Of a DNA stretch of 64,000 nt, positions 13,201-25,600 are shown in pieces. Made by a program: the position numbers and the translations under genes. The notes beneath the pieces were generated by a model that ran no database searches, was not told the DNA's origin, and worked only from the letters and a program-made list of their open reading frames with translations. The DNA is taken from contig NC_057746.1 of NCBI RefSeq assembly GCF_004010195.1, positions 20,125,885 through 20,189,884 on the forward strand. The letters run 5' to 3'. Position 1 is the stretch's first letter; each line of letters begins with the position of its first letter. The DNA is from Chiloscyllium plagiosum (taxonomy: Eukaryota).

Positions 13201-13904
13201 ACAACGTCATAAACAATAATGCGTCGTGCACACAGGGTTACAGGAATTGTGGTCTGATTGCAAGAAACATGCCACGAAAGTAGCTAGTTCTTTCTATTTC
13301 CTCCCCCCTCACAGCGGAGAGTGTTATTTTGGGTTTACTGCACTGATGAGTTGCAAACGCACAAAAAAAGCAGTGTCCCACCGTGAATCTTTAAGTGAAG
13401 TGGATGGATCTATAACATATGGAAGTATGCCAAAGAATTCAGCAGTGCATAACTATCTGATTACAACAGACACATGAACAAGCCCAGCGGCAGAGACTAG
13501 CCAGCTGTTCACAGGGGAATGAGGGCTGAGAATGGTAGAACCACATTCATTTCATTCGCTGAGAGATGGAGTGGCCAAGAAGGTGGGGGAAGAGATAGAA
13601 GAGAAAATCAGCAGAGAGGAAATGTTGGAAGGCGTCAGATTGAGCTAAAGAGAAACCGCACAAACTTGCATCGACGTAGCAACTTTCACATCCTCAGAGA
13701 ATCCAGAAGCAAATCATAGCCAATCATCATAATCCCTTTTGAAGTACACTTACTGATCACAGTCACGACAGTCAGTTTGTACTAAGATAATCCCCACAAA
13801 GGGAGGGCAGGAAGTGAATTGAGTTAGAGATAGGCAGGAGGAGAGGGGAAGAGGGGGGAAAAGAAGAAGGGAAAGATAGCAAGATACGAGAGAGTGGTGC
13901 ACAG

Positions 13905-14240
13905 AGATACAAATGCACACACGTGTATTCACTCTACACATTCACACACACAAATTCACTCTTACATACACAAACATTCACAGACACACACATTTTTTCT
14001 TACACATTCACATAAATACACATGTTCACAGTTACACACACATTCACTCACTCACACGGAACACAATTATATTGATTCTTACACATACACTCACACATTC
14101 ACTCACGCACACACACACACACAAGGACATAAATACATTCACTCTTACTCACACACATATAGACACACACACACAGGTACACAAGCAAATTCACTGTCCC
14201 ACAAACACATTCACTTGTATGCACACACACCAACACAGGA
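13905..14240. repeat. Degenerate (CA)n low-complexity tract
   Basis: Direct inspection. Confidence 0.9.
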
Positions 14241-14460
14241 GAAACAGAGGAAGGAGAAAGGGAGAGAAAGACAATTTTACAACCAATGGAATGGTGATGA
14301 TGGGGAATGGTTCTCTCTGCACTGGCAGATTGAGCTAGTGGGGTCTTTACAGCTTCAACTCTTGATGATCGCCCCCCTCACACTAACCCCACCTCGCCCA
14401 CCTCCAGCGCCCACCTTCCAGGTGTGCCCCATTGCCCGATTCGCTGGGCATGCCTCTTAC

Positions 14461-16383
14461 CTTCCCCCGACTGACGCCAGACTTGACCAGGCACGACCTC
14501 TGCAGGGTCAGGTAGCCACCGATCACCTGGATTTCCTCTGCCGTCGGATACCGTTTCTTTGCCGGGGTAGCTGGCGAGACTGCGGGCGGTGTCCCCGAGG
14601 TGCCATTCTCTGTCGTCGTGGCGTTGCCAGAGGGCGGGGTTTTGCTGGTCGCCATCTTGCGGGGGTTGATGGTGATGGTCCTGCCCGACTTGCGCTGGGG
14701 GGCAGGGGAGAAGATGGGTCGCAGCCTCCCCTCGCCATCCTCCATCACCGCCCCGGGGGCCTGCCTGGAGGGCGTGGGTGACCAGGTACCCTTCAGGCCC
14801 TGCCCTCCATCAGTGGTGCCCTCCGTATCGCGGGCACCCCCTCTCCCTCCCCTTCCGCGGCTGGCTCGAACGGTGAAGGCCGGAAGCCTCACTTCCCGGG
14901 GGCCGGCAGTGGGAGGCTGAGGCCCGCTCATGTCGCTGCTGGGCTCCCCCCGAGTGGCGTCTGGCTCCGGCCCAGGATCGGGGACGGGGGGCCTCTCCGG
15001 GCCTGGCATAGGCTGCCCGCCTGAGGGCCCAGACTCCCCGGTGTGTCTCCGGTCTGTCGCCGCAGCAGAAGTGACGGCAGGAAGGCAGGAAGCAGCAGCA
15101 GCAGGGGCCTGCTCTGCACAGGAAGAGGAAGCCGCACTGACGGGCTGCTGCGGCCTGGGAGAGCTGAAAGAGCTGACGTTGTCAGGGGAGGTGGGGGAGG
15201 AGAGGAGGAGTGGAGCGGAGGCCTCCACCTGAGGCTGCTGCGGCTGCTCGGGGGGCACGGCCTCACCGTCGGCCAGAGCCTGGGCCTCCCCAGGTTCGGC
15301 CTTGATGTCCACCGCTGGGCCGGAGCCTGAATCTGGATCCGGCCTTCTGCTGCCCCCAGAAACAGGCCCAGGTTGCCCCCCTTCTCCTCCTCCGCCCTCC
15401 CCAACTAGCCCCCGGGACCCCAGCCTAGTGACTTGGGCCTCCTCGCTGATGGGGTAGGCCCGGCCCGGGGTCTCTGTTGCCGAACGGGCCTCAAAGTGGC
15501 TGCGGAAAGCGGAAACCGTGCGTGGAGGGGACGGGGGCGAGCGGGACTGGGGCCTGCGCCCCCGACCTGGGGCGTGAGCGCACCCTGGTGGGACGGAGGA
15601 AGACGCGGCCCCGGAGCGGCCCCGGCGTTCCAGGATGTTCTCCGTGCTGCGGGAGCGGGAGGGCCTTGCCGGGGCCTCCTCCCCTTCCCCCCTCTCCGCC
15701 ACCCGGGGGCGCCCCCGCTGGCCGAATCTGCTCAGCAGCCGGGTAACCCTTCCCTGGCCTGGACCCTCCGCTCCCACCTCCACCCGGCACCTCCCAAAGG
15801 AGTTCAGATCCTCCGCGCTCCTGCTCAAAGGGGACCGGAGGTCAGGCTGATACGCCCCATGCTGACCGGCATCACCGTTCACACTCGGCGGCTTCCCCTT
15901 GGTGCCCGCGAGCCCGGGCCCAGACTCAATGATGGTCATGTCATCTCCCAGTATGGCAGTCACCCCGGGGGCGTAGCTGGACAGCTCAGTCCCCGGGACT
16001 CCCAGAGGGGCCTGCTCCAGCTCCAAACCGCTCTTCCTCTGCTTCTCCCGCTGGATGAAGTGGTTCTGACACAGGGGCCCAATGTTCTCCCACACCACCA
16101 CGCCGTCTGTCGCTACGGCGACGCAGGCCTCAGGCTCCGTCCCGTCTGTCCCGGTCTTGGCCGTGCAGCCTGTCAGGCTAGGCCCAGCCTGTCCCTCGGC
16201 TGGGATTTCCGACGGCGAGGACCCAGGCCACAGCCTGGCCCGTCTCCTCTCGATGATCTCCCTCTTCCAGGCCGGAATTCTGGCCAGTCTCTCCTGCTCT
16301 TCCTTCTCCCTGCGCCTCCCCTCTTCCTCATCCCTTCGCTTCCTCTCCAGCAGCTGAACCTTCCACTGAGGCGGGGACGTCAT
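14461..16383 (-). CDS. PPP1R18: Phostensin (PP1 regulatory subunit 18), large first coding exon, 641 codons; downstream exon(s) not found in the window
   Basis: ORF begins MTSPPQWKVQLLERKRR...IPAWKREIIERRR (phostensin/taperin N-terminal motif). It also has ENIGPLCQNHFIQRE, RSRSTENIL, RKSGRTITINP and KKRYPTAEEIQVIGGYLTLQRSCLVK (phostensin domain). It ends at donor AAG|GTAAGA (14461/14460, phase 0). Adjacency to DHX16 favours PPP1R18 over the paralogue TPRN. Confidence 0.88.
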
Positions 16384-16905
16384 TGCGGACTTTCAGTACC
16401 CTCCACTCCCCCAGTGGACCGTCAAGGGGACAAACTCACCACCGCCCAGCCCTGGCACCTTAAACCCCTGCTACACCTACCAGCTTCACCCCCAGGTCAA
16501 CCTGTCTCACGGGGAAATCGATGGGGCCTCAAAGGTGGTGACTTACAGGCATCACCATGCAGGACAGAACCAGACCTGGGTCTCTGGCCAAACACCGAAT
16601 CTTTCACCCAGGCACATTATGGACACTCGAACCCTCACACTCAATACCCGACACTGGGACCCTCACAAATCGACACTCACTCACTCTCGGACCCTCACTC
16701 TCACTCTCAGACACTCACACCCTCACTAGTTGAACCTCACTCACTCTCGGACACTCATTTCCCTGGACTCACCCACCGATTCCCATCGTCAGGTATACAC
16801 ACACACGCTTCATGAAATAGCTCAGGTTCCCATCTGTGCTGAGATAAACCTCTCTGGGTGGGGGGGAAATCCTCCTGTCTGTCCTGGGATAAATCTCTCT
16901 GGGTG

Positions 16906-17405
16906 NNNNNNNNNNNNNNNNNNNNNNNNNNNNNNNNNNNNNNNNNNNNNNNNNNNNNNNNNNNNNNNNNNNNNNNNNNNNNNNNNNNNNNNNNNNNNNN
17001 NNNNNNNNNNNNNNNNNNNNNNNNNNNNNNNNNNNNNNNNNNNNNNNNNNNNNNNNNNNNNNNNNNNNNNNNNNNNNNNNNNNNNNNNNNNNNNNNNNNN
17101 NNNNNNNNNNNNNNNNNNNNNNNNNNNNNNNNNNNNNNNNNNNNNNNNNNNNNNNNNNNNNNNNNNNNNNNNNNNNNNNNNNNNNNNNNNNNNNNNNNNN
17201 NNNNNNNNNNNNNNNNNNNNNNNNNNNNNNNNNNNNNNNNNNNNNNNNNNNNNNNNNNNNNNNNNNNNNNNNNNNNNNNNNNNNNNNNNNNNNNNNNNNN
17301 NNNNNNNNNNNNNNNNNNNNNNNNNNNNNNNNNNNNNNNNNNNNNNNNNNNNNNNNNNNNNNNNNNNNNNNNNNNNNNNNNNNNNNNNNNNNNNNNNNNN
17401 NNNNN
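16906..17405. other. Assembly gap of exactly 500 N (second exact 500-N gap at 34976-35475; irregular gaps at 3435-4385, 7542-8174, 54056-54069, 58484-58610)
   Basis: N runs counted directly. The fixed size suggests a placeholder scaffold join of unknown length. Confidence 0.95.
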
Positions 17406-17730
17406 CCCCATTTACCCCGGGTCCCCATTAACCGAATTTCCCATTTACCCTGGATCCCCATTAACTGAATTTCCCATTTACCCCGGGTCCCCATTAACCA
17501 GAGTCCCCATTTACCCCGGGTCCCCATTAACCAGACCATTTGCCTCGGATTTACGCTGAACAAATTCCTATTTACCCCTCATCCCCATTAATCAAGTTTA
17601 CATCTACCTGAGGTTGCCCACGAGCTGGGCTCCCCAATCAATCCAAGTTCCCATTAGCTGGGTTTCCCATTTATTCCTGGCCGGGTCCCCATTAAGCAGA
17701 TTCTCCGTTAGCCCCGAGACCCCATTTAAA
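17406..17730. repeat. 33-bp minisatellite (CCCATTTACCCCGGGTCCCCATTAACCGAATTT) decaying toward DHX16 exon 1
   Basis: About 4 good and several degenerate copies immediately right of the 500-N gap. Confidence 0.85.
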
Positions 17731-17863
17731 CCCCAGGGTCTGCTCCAACCATACTCGTCCTAGCTGCGTTTTCTGACTGATTTATCCCTCCCCAGTTCCT
17801 GACAGGCTTTTTGTTTTGGTTTTGAAAAGAGCTTTCTTGCTCACTATTTGAAGAGACACCACC

Positions 17864-18061
17864 ATGGCCTCGTTGGAGAAGTGGGTGAACGATGAGCTTC
17901 ACCAGCTGCTGGGTCTGAGCGATAAGTACGTGGCACAGTTCCTGATTGGCACTGCCCAGCGCAGCGACAGCGTGGCAGACTTTATCCGGCGCCTGGAGGA
18001 GACGGGAACCATCGACATCACACAGGGAGTCCGACGTTTCGCAGACGAGCTCTGGACGAAG
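17864..18061 (+). CDS. DHX16: DHX16 coding exon 1 (MASLEKWVNDELHQLLGLSD...ELWTK)
   Basis: Strong Kozak context CACCATGG. N-terminus typical of DHX16/Prp2. Donor AAG|GTGGGT, phase 0. Confidence 0.93.
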
Positions 18062-19615
18062 GTGGGTGCTGGGGGGAAGGTTGGTGGCGAGGGACTCTTA
18101 CTGCACAGGGTGGGTTGGGTTCGGTTCAAGGCTGGGTCGTGGCATGTCCAGGGTGACAGGAGTTGCAGGCTGTTGGGCTCCTAAATTTGACTTGTTGTCG
18201 GTTACACCTTGTCTTGCTTCCTCTCTTGAGCCAGTACGGTGGACAGTGCCTTTTAGGGGAAACCATCTCTTCCATTTTATCAGTTCATTGCTAACCTGAA
18301 ATCTTTAGCACCAGTTGGTGGGATGTGGGTGCCGCTGGCTTAAGCCAGCATTCGCTGTCTGTCCCTAATTTGCTGAGGCAGATGGTGCGCCACATCCTTG
18401 AACCTTGGCTGCAGTCCATGTGACACAGGATCAGCCCTGTGCTGTTTACAAATGGAGTTTCAGCATTTATACCCAGAGTCATACAGCATGGAAGCAGGCC
18501 TTTCAGCCCAACTCGTCCATACCGACCAGTTCTCCCGAACTCAACTAGTCTCATCCTTCTGCATTTGGCCCATATCCCTTTAAACGTCCTTTATCCATAT
18601 ACCTGTCCAAAAGTCTTTTAAATTGTAATTGTGCTTGCCTCTACTGCATTCTCTGGTGGCTCGTTCCATATGCGCACCTCCCTCTGGTCACTTTTAAATC
18701 TTTCCCTTCTCACCTCAAACCTGTCCCCTCCATGTTTGAACTCCTCTACCCTGAGAAAAAGACTGTTGACCTTATTCTTGCCCCTCATAATTCTATAAGG
18801 CCACCCCTCAGCCTCCTGCACTCCAGGGCGAAAAAAAAAAGGTCCCAGTCCACCCAGCCTCTCCTTATCACTCAAACCCTGGAGTCTTGGTAACTCCCTT
18901 GTAAACCTTTTCTGCACGTTTTCCAGTTTCATAGCATCGTCCCTCTGGCAAATTGACCAAAATCTGAGCGTAGCCTTACCAATGTCTGCAAAATGAGGCT
19001 TTAACTCTTATAAGAAGGGCTTTTGCCCGAAACGTCGATTCTCCTGTTCCCTGGATACTGCCTGACCTGCTGCGCTTTTCCAGCAACACATTTTCAGCTC
19101 CGATCTCCAGCATCTGCAGCCCTCACTTTCTCCTTTAACTCTTATACTCAATGCACTGATGGATGAAGGATGAAGCGTGCCCAACACCTTTGTCACCCCC
19201 AGTCAACCTGTGACGCCACCTTCAAGGGACTTGAGTGCCCTGGTCTTTCTGTTAGACAACACTCCCCAGGGCCCTACCATTAACTGTGAAGTCCTGTCCT
19301 GGTTTGACTTCCCAAAGGGCCTGGTTCCACACTGTAGGGATTCTGTTCTGTTTTCAGTTAAAAAGAAATGCAGCACCTTGCATTCATCTGAATTAAGTGC
19401 TATCTGCCACTCCTTGGTCCACCAGCCCTGGTAACGATGTTGTAGTTCCGGGTCAGGGTGACAAGTGGCTCGGAGGGTTACTTGTTTGGTGGGTGGAGGG
19501 AGGAGGTGTGGTGTTCCCATGTATCTGCAGCCCTTGTCCTTGTGGGTGACAGAGGCTACCGGTTTGGCAAGGCGGCGCCGAGGGAGCTGACTCTTCCCTT
19601 GCCTCCCTCGGTCAG

Positions 19616-19827
19616 ATCCCCAGGAAGCAGAAGGTTGAGAACGCCGCGCGTGCCGTCGAGCGAGAGGCCCTCGCCATGCAACAGAAGAACCGGACTTACC
19701 TGTTACTGGAGGACAGCGAGGACAGCGGGCCCGAAGAGAAGCAGAGCCACAGCAAAGGGAAACGGAAACGGAAACACATCCGGAAAAAGAGGGCGGCCTC
19801 ATCGGAGAGTGACTCCGACCACACAAT
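19616..19827 (+). CDS. DHX16: DHX16 coding exon 2 (IPRKQKVENAAR...KRKHIRKKR...)
   Basis: Pyrimidine tract plus CAG acceptor. Encodes KNRTYLLLEDSED and a basic NLS-like run. Donor AT|GTACGT is phase 2, matching the next exon. Confidence 0.88.
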
Positions 19828-21940
19828 GTACGTTTCTCGAGTGAGCGGGCTGAAACCTGGGATCAGTAAAGGGGGCGGAGAGGGGACCGTCTGACACGGT
19901 GCCCTGTGTGTGTGTGTGGAAGGGCAACAGACCGTCTGGCTGCGGGAGACGGCCGGGGACAGGAACAATCTGGCACTGTGTTTGGGTTTGTTTTGACTCC
20001 TTGTCCCCTTAATATGGCCTAGAGGCTGTCTGTGACCATACCCTGTGTGTGTGTGAGATATTAGATTAGGTTCCCTACAGTGTGGAAACAGGCCCTGCGG
20101 CCCAACAAGTCCACACCGACCCTCCGAACAGCAACCCACCCAGACCCATTCCTCTACATTTTACCCCTGACTAATCCTCCTAACACTACAGGCAATTTAG
20201 CAGGTCCAATCCACCCTGACCTGCACATCTTTGGACTGTGGGAGGAAGCCGGAGCACCAGGGGGAAACCCACGCAGACACGGGGAGAATGTGCAAACTCC
20301 ACACAGTCAGTCGCCTGAGGCGGGAATTGAACCCGGGTCTCTGGCGCTGTGAGGCAACAGTGCTGACCACTGTGCCACCGTCCCATAATCTGGCTCTTTT
20401 GGTTTAAATTTGGGTTTTCAATTTTGAGCAGATAACTTGTCTGAAGTTAACAATTAACTCCTAAGTATTTGTGAAGCTAGGGTGGTTTCTTTTAAAACCT
20501 TTTCAAAGGGCCCCTTTGGAAGCCTAATGGATATTACTTCATTCGAACATTTTACAGCTTTGCGGGCTCTGAGAGAAATTTCTTTCAAGTTATTTCTTAG
20601 ATACTTTCTAATCTGCCCATCCAGAGCTGATGGGCTTGAACCCAGGCCTCCTGGCTCAGAGGTAAGGACGCTATCACTGTACATCAAGAAGTCTAAAGAC
20701 TGACTTGGAAAAAAGACTGAGCTTTTATCTGGAGGGTTGGAATATAAAAGCCGCGATGTGCTACTAAGACTTTATAAAGAGCTAGTTAGGCCCCATTTAG
20801 AATGCTAAGTCCATGTTTGGACCCCACACCTCAGGAAGGACACACTGGCAATGGAGCATGTCCAGCGGCAATTCACACCCTGGAATGGTAGGCCTAACAT
20901 ACGATGAGGATCCTGGGATTGTATTCATTAGAGTTTAGAAGGTTGAGGGGAGATCTAATACAAACATCTAATACAAGATAATGCGTGGCTGAGAAAGGGT
21001 GGACGCTGGGAACTTGTTTCCGTCAGGTGGAGATACTCGGACTCGTGGGCACAGCGTTAGAATTAGAGGGGGTCAATTTAAAATGGAAATGAGACATTTC
21101 TTCAGCCAGAGAGTGGTGGGCCTGTGGAATTCATTGCCACGGAGCGCAGTGGAGGCCGGGACGTTAAATGTCTTCGAGGCAGAGATTGATAAATTCTTAA
21201 TCTGGCAAGGAACTAAGGGATACGGGGAGAGTGAGGGTAAGTGGCGCTGAAATGCCCATCAACCATGATTGAATGGCGGAGTGGACTCGATGGGCCAAAT
21301 GGCCTTACTTCCGCTCGTATGTCTTATGGAACTTTGGGGAAGCAACCATAGATGAGACGGAGAGAATGTCTTTAAATTTTACTTTGTTTCTGTGCTCTGT
21401 GAAGTATTTGCATAGAGAGACATAAATGGAACTGAATTTGTGAAGGGGAGAATATACTGAGACTCGAATACCTTCGAGTAAGCGGTTCGTGATAATTCCA
21501 GATAAAAACCCAAAGAACTGTGGATGCTATAAATCAGAGACAAAGCAGAAATTCCTGTAAAAACTCAGCTGGCCTGGAAGGGTTTGTGGAGAGAAATCAG
21601 AGTTAATGTTTCATGTTGAGTGACCCTTCAGAGCGTTCCAGACTGGGATAATACCCTGAAGAGGACTCGATGTTGAGCTTGTTTAAACTTGGGTGTATAG
21701 TAACTCCAGAATAAAACTGTCAAGTTCCTGATCTAAAGTTAAAATCACAGTTACTTAAACCTGTTGTGATGTTAAAGGGATTCTGGTGTGAGTACAGTAC
21801 ATGGGTTTTGATTTTAACTTGTAAAGAAGTGTTTTTGAATTAATGGGATTATACCTTTAATTGCATATTTAAAAATCTTTGAACTTGTGTTATGAGTAAA
21901 TAGGATGGTTTATTCTATTTTATCTTCAATTCTTTGGCTT

Positions 21941-22608
21941 TGTTACGACATGGGGTTAAACTCTCCTGCATAATTTAAAACCAGCAGCACAGAAAAGATT
22001 TATCCCATGCAGTAATCTGTGAAAATTCGATAGGCCAAGAACTAGTGAAAGTAAAAGTCAACAACTTTTTTCTTAGAGTATAACAGAGAATAATTAACTA
22101 ACAACTATTTACAATTCCTTACTGTAACCGAACTGTTACCTTCCCTTCTATCATGCTAATCCAATAAAACTCCTGATTATGATTTACACAACAAGAATTG
22201 TTATCTTAAAATCAGGCAGCTTTCGTTTTCTGATTTCCAGACGACTTTTCTTCTTCTTAGGGATTTCTGCCTCACAGGTTGCTGATCGATTAAAGTAGCT
22301 TTTAAGAGAGCTATTTTTCAGGCAGTCTTTTGACATGCTGAGGCTTGGCAGTTCTCCTCTCAACTGTTCATTTTTCCCTGGTCTTATACCCCCCCCCCCA
22401 CCAAAGCATCGGATTGTGTCATTGGCTTTTAAGATTGCCAATATACTCAAGCCAAACTGGATTGGAGTTTGGTATTTTTCAGGGTATGATTTAAACTGAT
22501 TGGTCGAATTCAAATCTGTTTTGTCGTCTCCAGGCAACCAGCTAATTGAGTTGTTCTGTCAGGTAGTTCTGTTGCTTTTAATTACAGTGCACCCTCATCT
22601 TCATAACA
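21941..22608 (-). repeat. 3' LTR of the Gmr1-type element
   Basis: Begins TGTTAC, ends ATAACA, aligns by eye to 27497-28196, and abuts the purine tract (TCTAAAGGAGGGCGG on - strand). Confidence 0.9.
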
Positions 22609-25600
22609 CCGCCCTCCTTTAGAAAAAACATGAACCAGCATTTGAACGATGAAAATATGGCTTCATTTTTTTCTGTACTTTTTAAACACATTACCCTAAC
22701 ATACAGATAACTTTAGTATAAGTTCATCTTAACGTCTTCCCATATACCTGTGTAAATATATAAAGTGAAATAAAGTCAAATCTCATCTAAACTCTAGCAG
22801 TTAAATCCACAATAACGCATCTGTGATTACATTCTTCCGAACTGCAACATGTATGATTTTTAAATTAAAAGTCTGCAACATAAGACTCCAACAAAGTAGT
22901 CTCATATTCTTGTCTTTAAAGGGTACTAAGAATGTAAGTGGATTGTGGTCTCCGACATATTGTTTGTGACATACACATTACAATGTTGTAAGGCCAGTAC
23001 CAAACTCCATAGTTCCTTTCTGGTTGTGGACTGTTTCCTCTGGGGGATGCTGATCTTCTTCGAAAAGTAACCAGCTGGCAGTTCAACTCCATCCTCGTCT
23101 TTCTGCAGGAGTACACCTCCAACTCCAAGCATTGATGGCGACTATAAGAGATTTGGAAGAGTTTGCTGTAGCTAAAACTGGTTTGGTGGTTAGTATTGCT
23201 TTCCAGTGGTCGAATGCCTCCTGGCATTGTTCTGTCCCCCGAAACTTTGTGTTCTTCTTCACCAAATCGGTTAATGGTGCCACTACGCTGCTGACGTTTG
23301 GAACAAACTTCCGATAGAATCCGCTGAGTCCTAAATATCGAAGCACCTCTTTCTTCGAGGTTGTTCGTGGAAATTCCTTGATGGCCTTCGTCTTTGCGTT
23401 CCATGGAGTCAACCTTCCATGACAATGTTATGCCCCAAGAACATCACCTCTGTTTTTGCGGATTCTGTTTTATTTAAGTTTATCATCAGTTTTGCTTCAC
23501 GTGGCTGTTAAAAGAGCTCTGCCAACTGTACCTTGTGATCTTTCCAGGACTTACATAGTCCAAATAGACCGCACAGTTGGTTAACCCAGCCACAGCTCTG
23601 TTCGTGAATCTTAGGAATGTGGTGGGTACGTTCTTCATTCCCAAGAGCGTCACTTTAAACTGATACAGCCCATTTGAGGTTACAAATACAGAAATTTCTT
23701 TCACCGATTCTGATAAAGGTACCTGCCAGTAACCACGCATTAAGACCAAATTGGTGATGTAACTGGCTTGTCTGACTTTCTCGAGACAGTCCTCCAATCT
23801 AGGAATTGGATAAGAGTCCAATTTTGTAATGGTGTTGACCTTCTGATGATCCAGGCAGAATTGTTGAGTCCATTCCAGTTTGGGAACTAAGACAGTTGGC
23901 GAACTCCACTCGCTCTGGCTTGTTTCAATGATGTCCTCTTGAGCATGGCCTCCACCTCCATCTGGACCTGTCTCACTTCGAAAGGATTAAGCTGATCAGG
24001 GTGTTGTTTTATTGGAGCAGTATTCCCTATGTCTACTTCATGTGCAATAGCATTAGTCCTCCCCATTTGATTCTTACATATGTGCTTATACTGCAGTCAC
24101 AACTCTTTCAACTGTGTTCTGTGCTCCTGAGGCAGGTAGCATGCTAACCTATCCCACTCCTCAAGGACTACTTCATTTTTTAATCTATGTTGAGGCACAT
24201 CAAACTCTATATCATCTGGATTTGATACCTCACTCTGCGGGGCAGTAACTAACACCCATTTCTCCATGTCGTTCTCTCTGGTTTAATACAGTTTCAACAC
24301 GTTCATGTGACATACTCGATTTTTTTTTCTATCTGGTATCGTTACTAGATCGTCCACCTGACTCAACGTTTTCTCAATTTAATAGGGACCACTAAACCTG
24401 GCTTTGAAGGATCTCCTACCACTGGTAACAGTACTAACACGCCATCCCCTTGGGAAATGCCGGAGTCTCAGAGCTTTTATCTGCTACCTGCTTCATTCTC
24501 CACTGTTCCCTTTTTAGGTGCTGTTTAGCTAACTCACCTACTCTATTTAACCTCTCCCTCACCTCTGATACATAAGATCTCCAACTATGGTCTGTCAATT
24601 TTTCTTTAATTAATTTCAAAGGGCCTCTCACTTCATGACCGAATACTAACTCAAGGGGAGTGAACTGAGTAGATACATTTGGGGGCATCTCTAATGGCGA
24701 ACAATAAGAGTAGGATACCTTTATCCCAATCATTCGGGTAATCCTGACAGTATGCTATCAACATGGTCTTCAAGGTCTGATGCCACCTTTCTAAAGCTCC
24801 CTGGGATGCAGGATGATACGCACTGGATTTAAAGTGCTGTAAAGCTAAGGTATCCATAATCTCCTTAAACAGCCCAGCAGTAAAATCTGACCCTTGGTCT
24901 GACTGACTCTCTCTGGGTAGCCCATACCGTGTGAAGGAAGATACTAACTCCTCTACCACCTTTGTTACCTTGATACTCCGAAATGGAATTGCTTCCGGAA
25001 AACTGGTAAACACATCCATTATGGTTAACAAGTATTAGCTGCCATTTTCAGTTCTCAGGAGGGGACCTACACAATCAATTATAACCTGCATGAAAGGATC
25101 TTCAAATGTGGGAATTGGCAACAAAGGGGCTGGTTTTATTACCGCCCATGGCTTACCTATCATTTGGCATGTATGACATGTACGGCAAAAGTTAACTACA
25201 TCTTTGTGTATTTCAGGCCAATAAAAATGTGTTTGTACCTTAGCCTGAGTCTTTCGTACCCCTAGGTGACCTGCTACAGGTAGTTCATGTGCGACCTGTA
25301 ACACCACCTGTCTGTATGCTACCGGCTACACAATCTGGTGTACTTTGGCCCAATTCTCCTCTGCACTAAGCTGCTGTGGTCTCCAATTCCACCTTAAGAT
25401 TCCATTTTTCAGATAGTAACCCTCCGGAATATTCTCTGCCTCCTTTTCAGAGTATGCATCCACATATATATCTTTTATTGTCCTTTCTTACTGTTGCAAG
25501 TCTCTTCGCCTTTTAGGGCTAAACACTTCTGTGTGACCCTCTGCCTGTTCAGGATTTTCCTGCACGATTACATCAAACAGGGTCTCCGCTAACTGAACCT

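Noticed and set aside
13894-16815. Plus-strand ORFs of 295 and 460 aa overlapping PPP1R18
   Set aside because: Antisense shadows of a GC-rich exon plus a (CA)n tract; non-ATG starts and no recognisable motifs.
19828-19846. Alternative DHX16 exon 2 donor GA|GTGAGC at 19840/19841
   Set aside because: It gives phase 0, incompatible with the phase-2 acceptor of exon 3; the GTACGT donor at 19828 fits.
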